Below the pieces are notes generated by a model, which saw nothing but the letters and a program-made list of their open reading frames with translations, searched no databases and was not told the origin of the DNA. Below, one piece after another: positions 1 to 11,235 of a stretch of DNA of 64,000 bases; within the stretch, counting starts at the first letter, position 1; the number at the start of each line of letters is the position of its first letter. The DNA comes from Podarcis vaucheri. Lineage: Eukaryota. The translations under genes were made by a program, and so were the position numbers. The DNA is taken from the NCBI GenBank assembly GCA_965113315.1, contig OZ220372.1. One strand, given 5' to 3'.

Positions 1-70
1 CAGAAAACGTACACGAGGAATCACTCGGTGGTGTTGACCTAATAGCTTCACAAATGTCATAATGAAGAAA

Positions 71-72
<2 letters not shown>

Positions 73-107
<35 letters not shown>
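73..107. repeat. (CA)n microsatellite
   Basis: Direct; further (CA)n tracts at about 15892-15925 and 18128-18156. Confidence 0.95.
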
Positions 108-108
<1 letters not shown>

Positions 109-407
109 CCACCTACTCAGCAGGATGTGGCATTTCTATTCTATGTATCTGCAATAGATGCTTTAAAAAAAAAAGATGCTATTTCCCCCATGCTTGTTTA
201 AGTGGAAAGAGGAGAAGAAAGTTCAGAAGGGGCACCAAGGTCCCCATGTGCGTAGCATGTTCTTCCCATCACAGAGCATGTTTTGCCATCATCCCACCGG
301 TGCTTTCAAGAACAGTTCCCTGTTATAAACCAAGCCCGCAGCTCATTCATGTGAGAAATAATGCGTTCATAGTAGGTATGGAAGAGAAATATGGCTGTTT
401 GCATTTA

Positions 408-649
408 CAGCGATACCTCAGGTTACATACATTTCAGGTTACATACACTTCAGGTTACAGACTCTGCTAACCCAGAAATAGTGTTTCAGGTTAAGAACTT
501 TGCTTCAGGATGAGAACAGAAATCGTGCTCTGGTGGCGTGGCAGCAGCAGGAGGCCCCATTAGCTAAAGTGGTGCTTCAGGTTAAGAACAGTTTCAGGTT
601 AAGTACGGACCTCCAGAACGAATTAAGTACTTAACCCGAGGTACTACTG
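408..649 (+). mobile_element. Tc1/mariner-type MITE family A, copy 1
   Basis: TIR CAGTGGTACCTC(A/G)GGTTA (slightly degenerate here), TA TSD, six copies in the window. Confidence 0.85.
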
Positions 650-684
650 TAAAGGTTATCCCCTCTTCCCACTTTCCACAATAA

Positions 685-1040
685 GACATGAACCAAAACA
701 GAGACAGCCTTTGAAATTCACACATATCTGAATTTTGCAATGCAGTTCTCCAACCCAAGTTTACAAAAAATGCATGGGTTAAGGGATAGTGTGCATAAAT
801 ATTAATATATTATTGGAAAATAACACACAAAAGTGCATTATTTTAGGCAAAGTAACTCTGCCACAATGTGTCAAAATTGCATATAAGCTTGTTTTAGGAT
901 AAATTCAAACTAAAATGTTGGTGAATTTTCATGAGGACGTTTCTTTTTTAAAAAAAAAAAATGCAAACTGATGCGGAAGTGTGGTGAACTGAACTTAAGA
1001 TTGGAAAGAATGAGAAACCAAAACTGATAGATCCATCCAT
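685..1040 (+). repeat. Unclassified AT-rich interspersed repeat of about 350 bp
   Basis: Homologous segments at about 5180-5550, 57555-57910 and, reversed, 63020-63290 (shared GAACCAAAAC..CAGCC, GAATTTTCA, GAGAAAC..AAACTGA(C/T)AGAT). Confidence 0.6.
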
Positions 1041-1173
1041 CCCTCTTTAATGGGCAAGGCATGTGTAAATGCATCATAAATCAGAACCCAAAAGTATTAT
1101 TGGCATTACATTTCTTTCCCAAACTTGACAATGGAGCCTCAGCTAAGTCTTCTCAGAACAAGGCAAGTGTGGA

Positions 1174-1227
<54 letters not shown>

Positions 1228-1530
1228 TTATTTATACCCCGCCCATCTTGCTGGGTTTCCACAGGCACTCTGGGCGGCTCCCAACAGAATATTAAAAACA
1301 CAATATTAAAAACACAATGAAACATTTAAACATTAAACATTAAAAACTTCCCTAGACAGGGCTGCCTTCAGATGTCTTTTAAAAGTCAGATAGTTGCTTA
1401 TTTCCTTGACAATTGATGGGAGGGCGTTCCACAGGGCGGGCGCCACTACCAAAAAGACCCTCTGCCTGGTTCCCTGTAACCTCACTTCTTGCAGGGAGGG
1501 AACCACCAGAAGGCCCTCAGAGCTGGACCT
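1174..1530 (-). mobile_element. L2-type LINE 3' end with (TTA)n tail
   Basis: Reverse-complement homologue of the 14.0 and 55.7 kb copies. Confidence 0.75.
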
Positions 1531-3258
1531 GAATGATGGGGCTGAGGCTGTTTAGGGAGAACCTGTGACCATCCATCTGTTGCTGAACAACAACAGCAGA
1601 TAAGAGCTGTAGTTCATTGGCATCTGGAGGGTCAAAGATTCCCCAACTCTGACAGGTGGGATTTAGTCACTGCTACATGTTCACAGACTTTTAGATAGGA
1701 TATTGGCGTGAGCAATGGAATGGCAGTGACAGTATAAGAAGGAAGATCGGGGTGGATGCTGCCTATGACACACACCTATCCCTTAAATATAGCTCTGTTA
1801 TCACAGCTGATGAATGAATGACTTCAGGCATTTTCAAACACATCTATTCTCATGACCACAGTAACTTCCACTTTGCAGCCATTCATGCCCCACCACACAC
1901 GATCCCAAATTCCTTCAGCTGCATGTGTTTCAGAATGAGCATAGCAATAGTGCAAAACTTTTCCCAGACTCATGCTAAGTGCTGTAACAGTGCTGGGATA
2001 CCAGCTCCTTAGCCCTACTGCAATTGAGAAGTGTGCTGTTGACGCTGAACTGCTTTCATCAGTGGCAATGGGGAAAGACAAGTGATTCTGTTAGCCATGG
2101 AGAAATATTTAGCAGAGCCACAGTTAACTGAGGGTAAGGTTGTCTCTGGGGGTTTTTTAATCCAGCACCGGAACTGTACTTTTGAATTTATTTTTAAGTT
2201 TCTTTTGATGTCAGCTATTATGGGAGCTCTAATAGAAGAACAGCTAGTACCATATCTGAGGAAACAGGGCACAGAACACATGCAAAGAGGGCTGGAAGCT
2301 GGGAGTGCTGGGATGGTGTAATGCTAAGTCGTTCCCCATGTGAAAAGTTCCCTCCTCCTCTGTACCTCCACCACTTCCCTGAAAGTAATCCAAGAGTTCT
2401 GCACTCCCACAGTTCCCCTAAGCTACTGACCCAGCACCTGACTTCAGGCAAAGAGTAAGGATTGTTCTCTCTTACTGGCAAAGCCCACGCCTCTCCAGCA
2501 GGAGTGTGGAACCTTTTGTGAACTACAGCATCCATCATCAAGCATGGCCAATGTGGTTCATCAAGATCTGGAGAACCAACGGTTCTTCACATCTGCTTTC
2601 CAGACTTTCCTGCAACACATCACCAACTCTGGCATTGCGTTCTAAAAGTGAGTGGATAAAGACTAACAATCCAGTGTAAATACCTAGTGTAGAAGTACCC
2701 TAGAAAAATGTGGATCTATATCGCACACCAAGTCAGGCCACAGGTCCATCAAGTTCAGTATTGTCTTATGTGGTTGGCCGTGGATCTTCAGGGTTTCAGA
2801 CAGGAGACATTCCCAGCCCTCCTAGGAGATGTGAGGGATTGGAACCTGGGACCACTGAGCTAGGTTCTTTCTCAAACCTCTAATGAAAAGACACAGGAAA
2901 GTTGTGATTCGGGAGTAATTGGGTCATGGAACATTGTTCTAGAGTTCTTCAGCAACCTTCAGCTAACATACCACTAGCACAACATATTGTCCCATGCTCA
3001 TTTTACACATCAGGCTGGGGGGGAAATCTATTGATTTCTTGTCCATGTCATTTTCTGAAGCAAAACAAATATGTCACTGAGCTTGGTTTTTACTTCTTTT
3101 TAATGAATAACCAGATGTGTGGAACTCCTTTTTTTAAGTCAATACATATTTTCATAATAAATAAAATGGACATGATCAACTTTGACAGGGCATCATTATG
3201 ACATAAGAGCTGCCATTAAGCTTAACTCATAAACATTTCCTAGATTGGTACAGAATAT

Positions 3259-3358
3259 TAAATCATATAAATAAATCTCCACTCATATAAATTATGCGAT
3301 ACAATTTTAAATAAATTATTATTAAATAGTACTATCTGCTAAAATGGTTTTTAAATAA
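3259..3358 (-). promoter_or_regulatory. AU-rich element cluster, putative IL22 3'UTR
   Basis: Eight ATTTA pentamers, including three TTATTTA(T/A)(T/A) nonamers, on the minus strand within 100 nt; candidate ATTAAA polyA signal at 3099-3104. Confidence 0.55.
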
Positions 3359-4396
3359 GGCAATACACTTTGTCCTCTGGAGAGAAGTAAACAGAAAAGG
3401 GAAAGATTCCTCAGATACCTATTAACTAGATGTAATTAAGCAAGTTTGCTATCAGAAGATCCAATTTTATGTGTTAAAAAGGAACTTAACTTTCAGTCAG
3501 AGAGCTTGGCATGTTTTCCCTAGATTTCATTTGACTTGAAAATGAATTCCATTGAACCCCTTGGGCTTTTTCAAGAAAAGATCCCAAAGCAAGCATATCA
3601 ATGGATACAGGGCCACCAGGCTCATAAAGAGGTCCAGGTTGAAGAGATGCTTCCATGTGGCTTGTCTGTATCAGACTTCCCTAACCTGGTACCTGCTGGA
3701 TGTTTTGAAATACAACTCCCACCAGATCCAGCCAGCATGGTCAATGTCTGCTATGATACGAGTTGTAGACCAAAGCATCTGAAGGGTTCTGGGTTGTGGG
3801 AAGGCTGATCTAAACATTAACACCCTAATTCCCATGATGGTGGTGGTTCAAGAAGTTCTTCTGCTAGCACCAAAACTGGGGTCTTTGTTACAGAGGCACC
3901 AAGTAACAAAATAAATGTTCCATCTGAGCCCAGCAGAGTCACAAGTTGAGTAACTGCCTCATTTTTAAAGGCCTTCTTAATCTCCCAACCCTCCCTCAAT
4001 ACCCTCTTTAATCAAGACTAAATCCCTCCATTTCACAATACTTCTAAACTCTGACTGGCGTGAGTTGTATTTTATGGACAGGTCCAGAGGAGTTTCCAAT
4101 CACATGTCTGAGGTGGCCCTTCCTTTCAAGTAAATTTGTTTTGCATTAGGCTAACTTGCCGGCCCTCGATTCACTCTGTAGAGATGTTCTGTCAAAGTTT
4201 GCCACTAATCCAGATAAAGCAGTTTGAGAACTGCTGGATCGATACTTTAAAATGGGTCTCATGAAAGCATACATCCGTTGAGTTCTGTATGGGTAAAAAC
4301 ATTTGTGTCTGCTGCCTTTAAAAGCGAACCATTGCATTTGTCCTTGTTCCACAGAGGCCACCACCGAAGGAAGCTGCAATGATCCTGATTGCCCAC

Positions 4397-4525
4397 TCAG
4401 TTGTTCTTCTTCTTGCCTTTGTGGCTCTTGTTGGGGGCTTTGAGTGCTGCAGTGCAGGCATCCTCCAGGTAGTCAAACAGCAAATCCAGCTCACCAACTG
4501 CTTTGTTTTTCCCATTTTCTCCCAA
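4397..4525 (-). CDS. IL22: IL22 coding exon 5
   Basis: CAG acceptor; LGENGKNKAVGELDLLFDYLEDACTAALKAPNKSHKGKKKNN then TGA. Confidence 0.94.
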   Translation of the reverse strand: MGENGKNKAVGELDLLFDYLEDACTAALKAPNKSHKGKKKNN

Positions 4526-7500
4526 CTGTAAAATCAAAGCAAAAACAATTTCTTCATCAGAATGGACAATATAGATTATAAAAGATGTTGTGTCAATTTA
4601 GGGGGGGACACAGGGGGAAATGGGGGTACTCTAAGAATTAGAGCACAACTCCTCGAGAGGTTTTTCTACATAAGCCTCACTCAATTAACCAAGATCTGCA
4701 GAAGGATACAGCAGTGTGAGAAACAGAGTAGAACAGGTTCTGTGCAATAGGCAACAGAGTTCTTGCATCAGAGTTAAACAGGAAAGATTCACAATGGAGG
4801 GTTCCCTTCCTAGGTTCGTTTTTAACGTGCCACAGTGTTTTTCTCTTTTGTTCAGGATTCAGGCATGAGATTAGCTTCTGCTCAGGTATGTCTTTCCTAG
4901 AGCTGCCTTCTGTGAGTCACAGTGGCCAAATGGGAATTAATATGACAATTCACCTTAGCGGAATGAGACAAGACCCAGGAGCCTACTGCAAGAATGCTCA
5001 TTGAACAGCCTGAACATTTTCTCTCTATAGTACTATTGATCCAATTTGAGTCATTTTGGATCTTCCATTGAGTTCTGTTAGATTCTGATAAGAATGAATT
5101 ACTTCATTTATATTTTGCATAATTATTTATTTAAAGGGATTGGGTAAAGGGGATAGTAGACAATACCTCAATTTAGCACACATTTAAAGGCAAATCTGCC
5201 TAAAAGCAAATCTACTTAATTTGCACTGTATTTGCAAACAATATGTGAACCAAAACACAGCCATCCTTTACCAAGATAAAGCATGGGTATAAATCCATAT
5301 ATTGGTGAAAATAGCATACATTATATTAGGGGAAATATGAATATAAGGGGAATATGCTTTACAAAAATGCATATATGAGACAGAATTGCATCCAATTATA
5401 TGCATTTTTTATGAAATTGACACTAAACTGTTGGTTAATTTTCAGGAGCACTTTTTAAAAGTGGAAATGTCACTCATGTGGAACCTGAACTTAAGTTTGT
5501 TTGTTTTTTAAATAGAATCTGTGAGAAACCAAAACTGACAGATTTCTCCTTATCAAACCTCAAGGGATTCAATACTGGATTAAACAGACAACAACAACAA
5601 CTGCAATTCCACCCCTGAATGAAATGCAAAAGGCTTGCCCTTTTTTTTTTATTCCACCTTCAGGCAGCAAAACATTTTGTACTGGATAGAAGTTCAAAGG
5701 GGACAGATATGAATGTGAGCTAAGCAAATGCATCTACAATGCAAGGCTGGCTGACCTGGAGGGGTTTCTAACCATTGGCCTTGCTGGCTAGAGCTGATGA
5801 GATTTGCCATCCAACAACATCTGAGGGTCCACAGATAGACCATCCCTCCACTATATGCTACAGCTCTCCTTACAATGCAGCTTTCATTTAACATGGATCA
5901 TATTTAAACCTTATTCCCCTGAGCGTATTCTGAGGGACTGCAGTCTGTGAAGACTGTATAAAACATGTCATTTCTAAACATTTGAACTAGCACTCAACTA
6001 AGGGGGGGAAAGGGAGATTAATATTTTTTTAAAAAAAAATCTTTTTCATGAACTGCTTTGAGGGTTGTTGTTGTTGTTGTTTTTCATTCAAGTGGTACAT
6101 AAATAAAATAGAACAAATTTTACAAAGCAACATACCTGTTGTAATTTGTCTTTCATTTGCTGCAGGTTCCTTTCAATGTGTTCTTTATTTCCCAGTGGTT
6201 TCTGAAAAGGAAGGGATGCAGCTAAGTCACAATGTGGTTTTTCATTTCACACCTTTCGCTTGTCTTGCACTTGACAGCAGAAAGATTGGATGTTTTGATT
6301 TGAGGTTTCCTCCTTTACCTTCGGCGCTGGTGATTTGCTACCTTGCCTTGTCTAGAAATATATTGCCAACTACCAGCCACAGACGCAAGCTGAATACCCT
6401 GCTCCCCCACCTCCCTAGAGGAAAAGCATCCAAGCAGGTGAAATACCAAGGAAGCGGAGGACCAGGGGTGGGAAACAGAGACAGACTACAGCTATGCATG
6501 ACACTTACACAGCCATTCAGTTTCCTATTCAAATCAGCCAAGAAACTTGCAACTTCCTGGGCGCTCGGATATTTGTCCCCAGAGAGGGTCATGAGGACGT
6601 CTGTCACCACAATATCAGTTAATCTCTTCATTAGGTAGCAGCGATCATTCGCCTGCAAAGACAAGATAATGAAATTATATACCTCAAACAACAAGAGAAT
6701 AGGAAGGTACAAAGAGAGAATAAAAACATTGTTTAATGCACATGGGAATCTCACCTTGATGTTGGTGTACAGATGCTGCCCAACAAATCTGTTATCTGTG
6801 TCCTTATCAAAGTGTCTTCCCTATTTAAAAAAGAGAGAGAGAGAGAATGAGAGTGTGGCAGAAAGATGAGGCTCTACTTTTTTAAAAGCTCTGCACTGTG
6901 GCACACAAGCTCCCTGAGTCTATATAGCTCTCCAGTTCCACAACTGAGTTGGAGGAGATTGCTGCCCATGACATGGAACTATAGAAAAGGATGCCTAGGT
7001 GTTATACTGTTAGTGTTGACCTGGTGAGTGTGAAAGCTGCAAAAGGTAAGCAGGCCCAATGAGCTACCTAACAGATCGGAAGCGAAAAGCAGAGAGCATC
7101 AACAAAACGTTAAAAGCCCCACACTTGCCAGTCCCATAGGTAGAAGATAGCCATGAGTGGGTTGTGTGGCTAATTGTTTATAAAACGAGCTCTAGAAGGT
7201 TACACTTCATAGGCAGCTGAATATAATTCTGTGGGTTGTGGTTTCCCAAAGCGGCGTACATACTTAAAGTATGCACATACCTGAAGGCAGGTTAGCCTCC
7301 TTTCAGGATGGAAGGATGTCAAGGAGCAAAAGTGGGGAAATCACAAAACAGTGCAAAGCATATGAGAGTTGTGCAGATAAAACTGCAGCACGCAGACCCA
7401 TTGGCTTTACCTGGCTGGCTAAAGTATATGTACGATTCCTGAAGTAGGTTTTCTGGAAGTTGTTTCTCGTGAGTTGGCAGGAGTGGTTAGTATGAATAAC

Positions 7501-7605
7501 TGCGTCCTTCAAGGGCACGGGGCTTGCCAAGAAGATGAGAGGGAGGCAAGCGCAGCAGAACACCCAGACAAGAAAGCATCTGGTCCCATTCTCAGGTGGA
7601 TTCAT
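4397..7605 (-). CDS. IL22: Interleukin-22 (IL-10 family cytokine), spliced CDS, 199 aa
   Basis: Coding exons 7605-7411, 6820-6755, 6652-6509, 6201-6136 and 4525-4397 have GT-AG boundaries, phase-0 introns and IL-10-family internal exon sizes 66/144/66 nt. The protein MNPPENGTRCFLVWVFCCACLPLIFLASP...FRNRTYTLASQ/GRHFDKDTDNRFVGQHLYTNIK/ANDRCYLMKR...LNGC/KPLGNKEHIERNLQQMKDKLQQ/LGENGKNKAVGELDLLFDYLEDAC... has a signal peptide, the KAxGELDLL family signature, and Cys43/92/135/181 matching the human IL-22 spacing (40/89/132/178). It lies next to MDM1 as in other vertebrates. Confidence 0.96.
6136..6201 (-). CDS. IL22: IL22 coding exon 4
   Basis: 66 nt, CAG acceptor and GTATG donor; KPLGNKEHIERNLQQMKDKLQQ. 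Confidence 0.93.
6509..6652 (-). CDS. IL22: IL22 coding exon 3
   Basis: 144 nt, CAG acceptor and GTAAGT donor; ANDRCYLMKRLTDIVVTDVL...LNGC. Confidence 0.94.
6755..6820 (-). CDS. IL22: IL22 coding exon 2
   Basis: 66 nt, TAG acceptor and GTGAG donor; GRHFDKDTDNRFVGQHLYTNIK. Confidence 0.93.
7411..7605 (-). CDS. IL22: IL22 coding exon 1 (signal peptide and helix A)
   Basis: GCCATG start at 7605; 65 codons; donor GTAAAG at 7410. Confidence 0.93.
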
Positions 7606-7862
7606 GGCTCTCCAAGAAAGGTGGCAAGTTCAGCCGAGTCGCAGCTGCAGTCTTTGAACCTTCTAGAGACGCACAGAAGGAGAATTTCCCAATGAAGATA
7701 GACAAAGATCTAGTAACGTTATAGTGAAAAATAATAATTTTGCTTTATAAATTATGCATCTAACTTACATTTCAACATGCAACAATATAATTATATAAGC
7801 ACTTGGAATTATTACTTACTTGTGATGTTTTTGCTGTGCTGTGAAGGAGTTGAGGGTTCCCC

Positions 7863-7870
7863 TATATATA
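7863..7870 (-). promoter_or_regulatory. IL22 TATA box (predicted TSS about 7840)
   Basis: TATATATAG on the minus strand, about 45 nt upstream of a GTAAGT donor (7819) that pairs with a pyrimidine-tract TAG acceptor at 7663-7664. Confidence 0.6.
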
Positions 7871-7948
7871 CCCATTGCCACCTTGTTCGAGAGATAGGTA
7901 GCGATGAGTTAAAATGACATCATCGTGTCTCTTACTTTCCACCATCGC

Positions 7949-7957
7949 TTCTGAGAA
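7949..7957. promoter_or_regulatory. STAT (GAS) motif in IL22 promoter
   Basis: TTCTGAGAA matches TTC-N3-GAA, about 110 bp upstream of the predicted TSS; STAT3 is a known IL22 regulator. Confidence 0.5.
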
Positions 7958-8178
7958 TTTACTAACCACGACACCCAAAAAAAAAAGCCACAAGACACAA
8001 CCTCACTGGTTTTTTACTGTGTAATTTTTATGAGGTGCCCCTGTTGATGAGGCTGGGGGCAGAAAGATGGGTTTGTTCCTGGCACAGCTGCAACTTAGGG
8101 TCAAACTAAATGTGACAGCATATGTGTGTGTGACTGGCGTGTAAAAAGTAGACATTGGTGGTGTGTGTCTGTGTGTTG

Positions 8179-8196
8179 ATATGGGTCATCATGACC
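8179..8196. promoter_or_regulatory. Overlapping RORE half-site and perfect ERE palindrome
   Basis: ATATGGGTCA (ROR-type AT-rich extension) continues as GGTCA-TCA-TGACC at 8184-8196. Confidence 0.45.
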
Positions 8197-8284
8197 ATGG
8201 CAAGAATAAAGTCCTTCCTCCTCCTCCACCAGGGTCCCAATCTATACAGCTATCCCCACACCAGCTATTTACCATTAAGAATCC

Positions 8285-8910
8285 TGTGATGGCCTGGGAC
8301 TCGGACTCGGAATCAGAGGAGTCTCAGTCTGCACCGGATCCTTTGCCTCAGGCATCATCTGAACCAAGTCTGGGCCTTGATCCTGAAGAGTCCCAGTCTG
8401 CACAGGTTCCCCTGCAACAAGCACCAGTTGGGCCAAGTCAGGGGCCTGAGCCTGCCCTGGCTCCAGATGCAGGGATTACCTCGTTGCCTTCAGCTGGGTC
8501 ATCAACTTACGGTTCTCCACTACTGGTTTGGTCAGGGGAGGCTGAGGCAGTCCCTGGGTCTAGTAACCCACCAACATTTCCCAAGCTGCAGAAACTAAGG
8601 TATGAGAGAAGGAGAGACCTGAGTACTCGCAGGAGGAGTGCTCGCCTTCAGGCAAAACAGGGAGGTGAGTCACTGGGGGGATCAGGACCGGCTGCTACCC
8701 CGACAAAGATAAAAGGCTGTCGGATCCCGCCCCAGGTTGCGGGAGCAACACTGCTGTATGCTGGATCCTGCCTGAGATCCTGTACCTGTCCTTGCCTGGT
8801 TTCCTGCCTCATGTCCTGCCTTGGCCCTGTTGGACTGACTCTTAGCGGAACCTTCAGATTCTGGACCGGTCCTGGACCGCGTTTCACGGGTTACCCCCGG
8901 GCCCAGCACA
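8285..8910 (+). mobile_element. Solo LTR (probably Ty3/Gypsy)
   Basis: TGT...ACA termini, 5-bp TSD AATCC/AATCT, TATA-like GATAAAAG at 8708, GC-rich against AT-rich flanks. Confidence 0.7.
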
Positions 8911-9596
8911 AATCTATTCATTGAGTTTAATGCATCAATGAAACTTTTAAAATGTGAAATGTAGCACTGCAACAACTAAATGTTGTGATTGGTGTAGGGC
9001 ATGGGGTGGGGGGGACTTAAGATCAGAGAATTGGAGGGGACTGACCTGGCAGAAGACCCAGCAGGCTGTAGGATGAGAATGCAGGATGCCAGGAGGAGAC
9101 TAACCTAAAGGGAACCTTAGCAGCTTGGGAGATGGAGATCTGGATCCAAGCGAAGGCCTGAGCAGATTGTGTGGAGAATATACCACCTCTGTGTAACCGT
9201 CATGGCCCATTAAGGAGTCTCATGCACCTTCCTCCGTCAGTGAAGAGTCTTTCTCTTTTGAGGAGGCACCTGGGGATAAGTTCAACGGTGAACCAGCTCC
9301 GTCAACTCCATCTCTGTTTCCAAGGGCATGGATGTGGCAGTGCTACATGAACGAACCTTACGTGCCCAATCTCTATGGGGGAGCACCCATTTGCTTGTCC
9401 AGGTTCAAGCCTTAGGATGTCAACTGCGTGAATAGCTTGCCCCACTCTTCCTAAGGAGAGTGTAAGGGACATGTAAATCATTGGAACAACATCTTAAGTG
9501 ATGCCGAGCTGTGTAGCATGCATTTGTAACCTGTAGACCCATGTTGGGATGCTGTACTGACTTCCTAAACAAAACCTTTGAAAAATTGTGGTGACA

Positions 9597-10244
9597 TTTA
9601 ACTGTCAGTAATCTTGCTAAGATGTATAAGACTGAATCAGATTAGTCCTGGAGATGCAAAGAGGTTGAGGAAACCTTCTTTCATATGTGGTGGACTTGTA
9701 AAGGGGTAAAAGAGTATTGGGAAATGATCCATAATGAATTTTAAAAAAATGTTTTAAAAGTACTTTCCCCAAAAAACCAAAGTCCTTTCTGTTGGGGATA
9801 ATTCAGACTGAAATTCCAGGTGTCAAAAAAAAGGTTATTTATGTATGCCACTACTGTGGCCCATGTTTTGTTAGCCCAAAAATGGAAAACAAGTGAGGTC
9901 CCAACCAAATGGCAACTTAAGTTGACAGAATATGCACAGCTTGCAGACTTAACATATAGAATAAGAGAAGAAGAGGAGCATACGTTTAGAGAATATTGGA
10001 AATTGTTTATTGAATATATGGGAAATAACTGAAAATGCTGGCAGCATTAAGATATATTCAGCAGTGTAAATAAGTTTTGTTGGATGTAATAATGGAATAC
10101 TGAATGGTATAGTTTTTGTAAAATATGCAGGGATTTTTGATATGTAAAATGAACCATAGAAAGAGAAGGAGGGAAGTCATTGATATCTTAAGGGTGTAAA
10201 AATGAGTACTTTAAATTGTAAAACAGAAATTATATATATATGGC
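9597..10244 (+). mobile_element. L1-clade LINE 3' fragment
   Basis: Degraded ORF2 C-terminus (WRCK..ETFFHMWWTC; LAQKWK..WQLKL.EYA); TSD AATTGTGGTGACA. Confidence 0.8.
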
Positions 10245-11084
10245 AATTGTGGTGACAAGAGTCAAATAATAACAGCCAGGGCATGTGCTCTTACTTGTCT
10301 GTATATCAATATGGGAAAATGTTGCACACCACCATGGCATGGTCATGATCCACAAGAGTACAAAGGTGGCCTGTTGCTCTGGATGTCAATATTCTGCAGT
10401 CTCAATCCATTTCAACTTCAAGGTTCTTGACTGTGCCCTGAGGGCCATAGAGATCATGGTGCATGGAGCAGGTTTTATTTAAATTATTCGCTTTGTTAAA
10501 AGCTCAAATGTTCCTGGTACAGCTCTTGATAGACTTACCCTCCATGAATTTGCCTAACCCTCTTTCAAAGCCATCCAAGATGGTGGCAATCGCTGCCTTT
10601 TGTGGGAGCAAATTCTATTGTTCAGCTATGCCACATGTGACAAAGTACAGTACTTTCTTTCGTCTCTGCCGAATCTACCAACGTTCTGCTTCACTGCATG
10701 TCCACAAGTTATAGTTTTATGAGGGGGGGGGACTTTTCTCTATCCACTTTTTCTATTCTGTGACCATTTAAGTGGTATAATGCTGCTTGAAATGTAAGCG
10801 GCAGATGTGGTCCTAGACAAAGATGAGTGACATCCTCTATTAGCCCCTTGTAGACCAACTTTCTATTATGATTATATTTTCATTTCTATACCACTTCATA
10901 TTTTAAAGGGGGGACTCAGAGTGGTTTATAACACATTAAAATATCAAAATAAAACAATCCAGAATAAAACTGATGCAAGCTTCAAGGAAAATATTTCAGA
11001 ACCTTCTCTAAGTGACATTTTGCTTTCCCCATATTTATTTATTTACCTACTTAATTTATAGAGCTGCCCCATAGTAGGACTATA

Positions 11085-11235
11085 GGAAGCCCTGGTGGTG
11101 TAGTGGTTAGGGGGTCAGACTGGGACCTGGGAGATCAGGGCTCAAATCCCCACACAGTCATGAAGCTCACTTGTTGACCTTGGAGTCAGTCACAGCCCCT
11201 TAACCTACCTCACAGGGTTGGTGTAGGGATTAACT
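11085..11235 (+). mobile_element. tRNA-derived CORE/MIR-like SINE
   Basis: A box GGTGTAGTGG, B-box-like GGCTCAAATCC, TGACCTTGG core, CCTACCTCACAGGGTTG segment. Confidence 0.6.

Noticed and set aside
1-3000. IL26 exons expected downstream of IL22
   Set aside because: No signal-peptide exon or IL-10-family exon pattern is recognisable here; IL26 probably lies outside the window.
6048-6638. 196-aa + strand ORF
   Set aside because: Antisense to IL22 exons 3-4 and the intron between them; no recognisable protein features.
8980-9560. Possible older LTR remnants (also about 13730-13990, 18400-18600 and 27330-27800)
   Set aside because: Composition is suggestive, but I could not define termini or TSDs.
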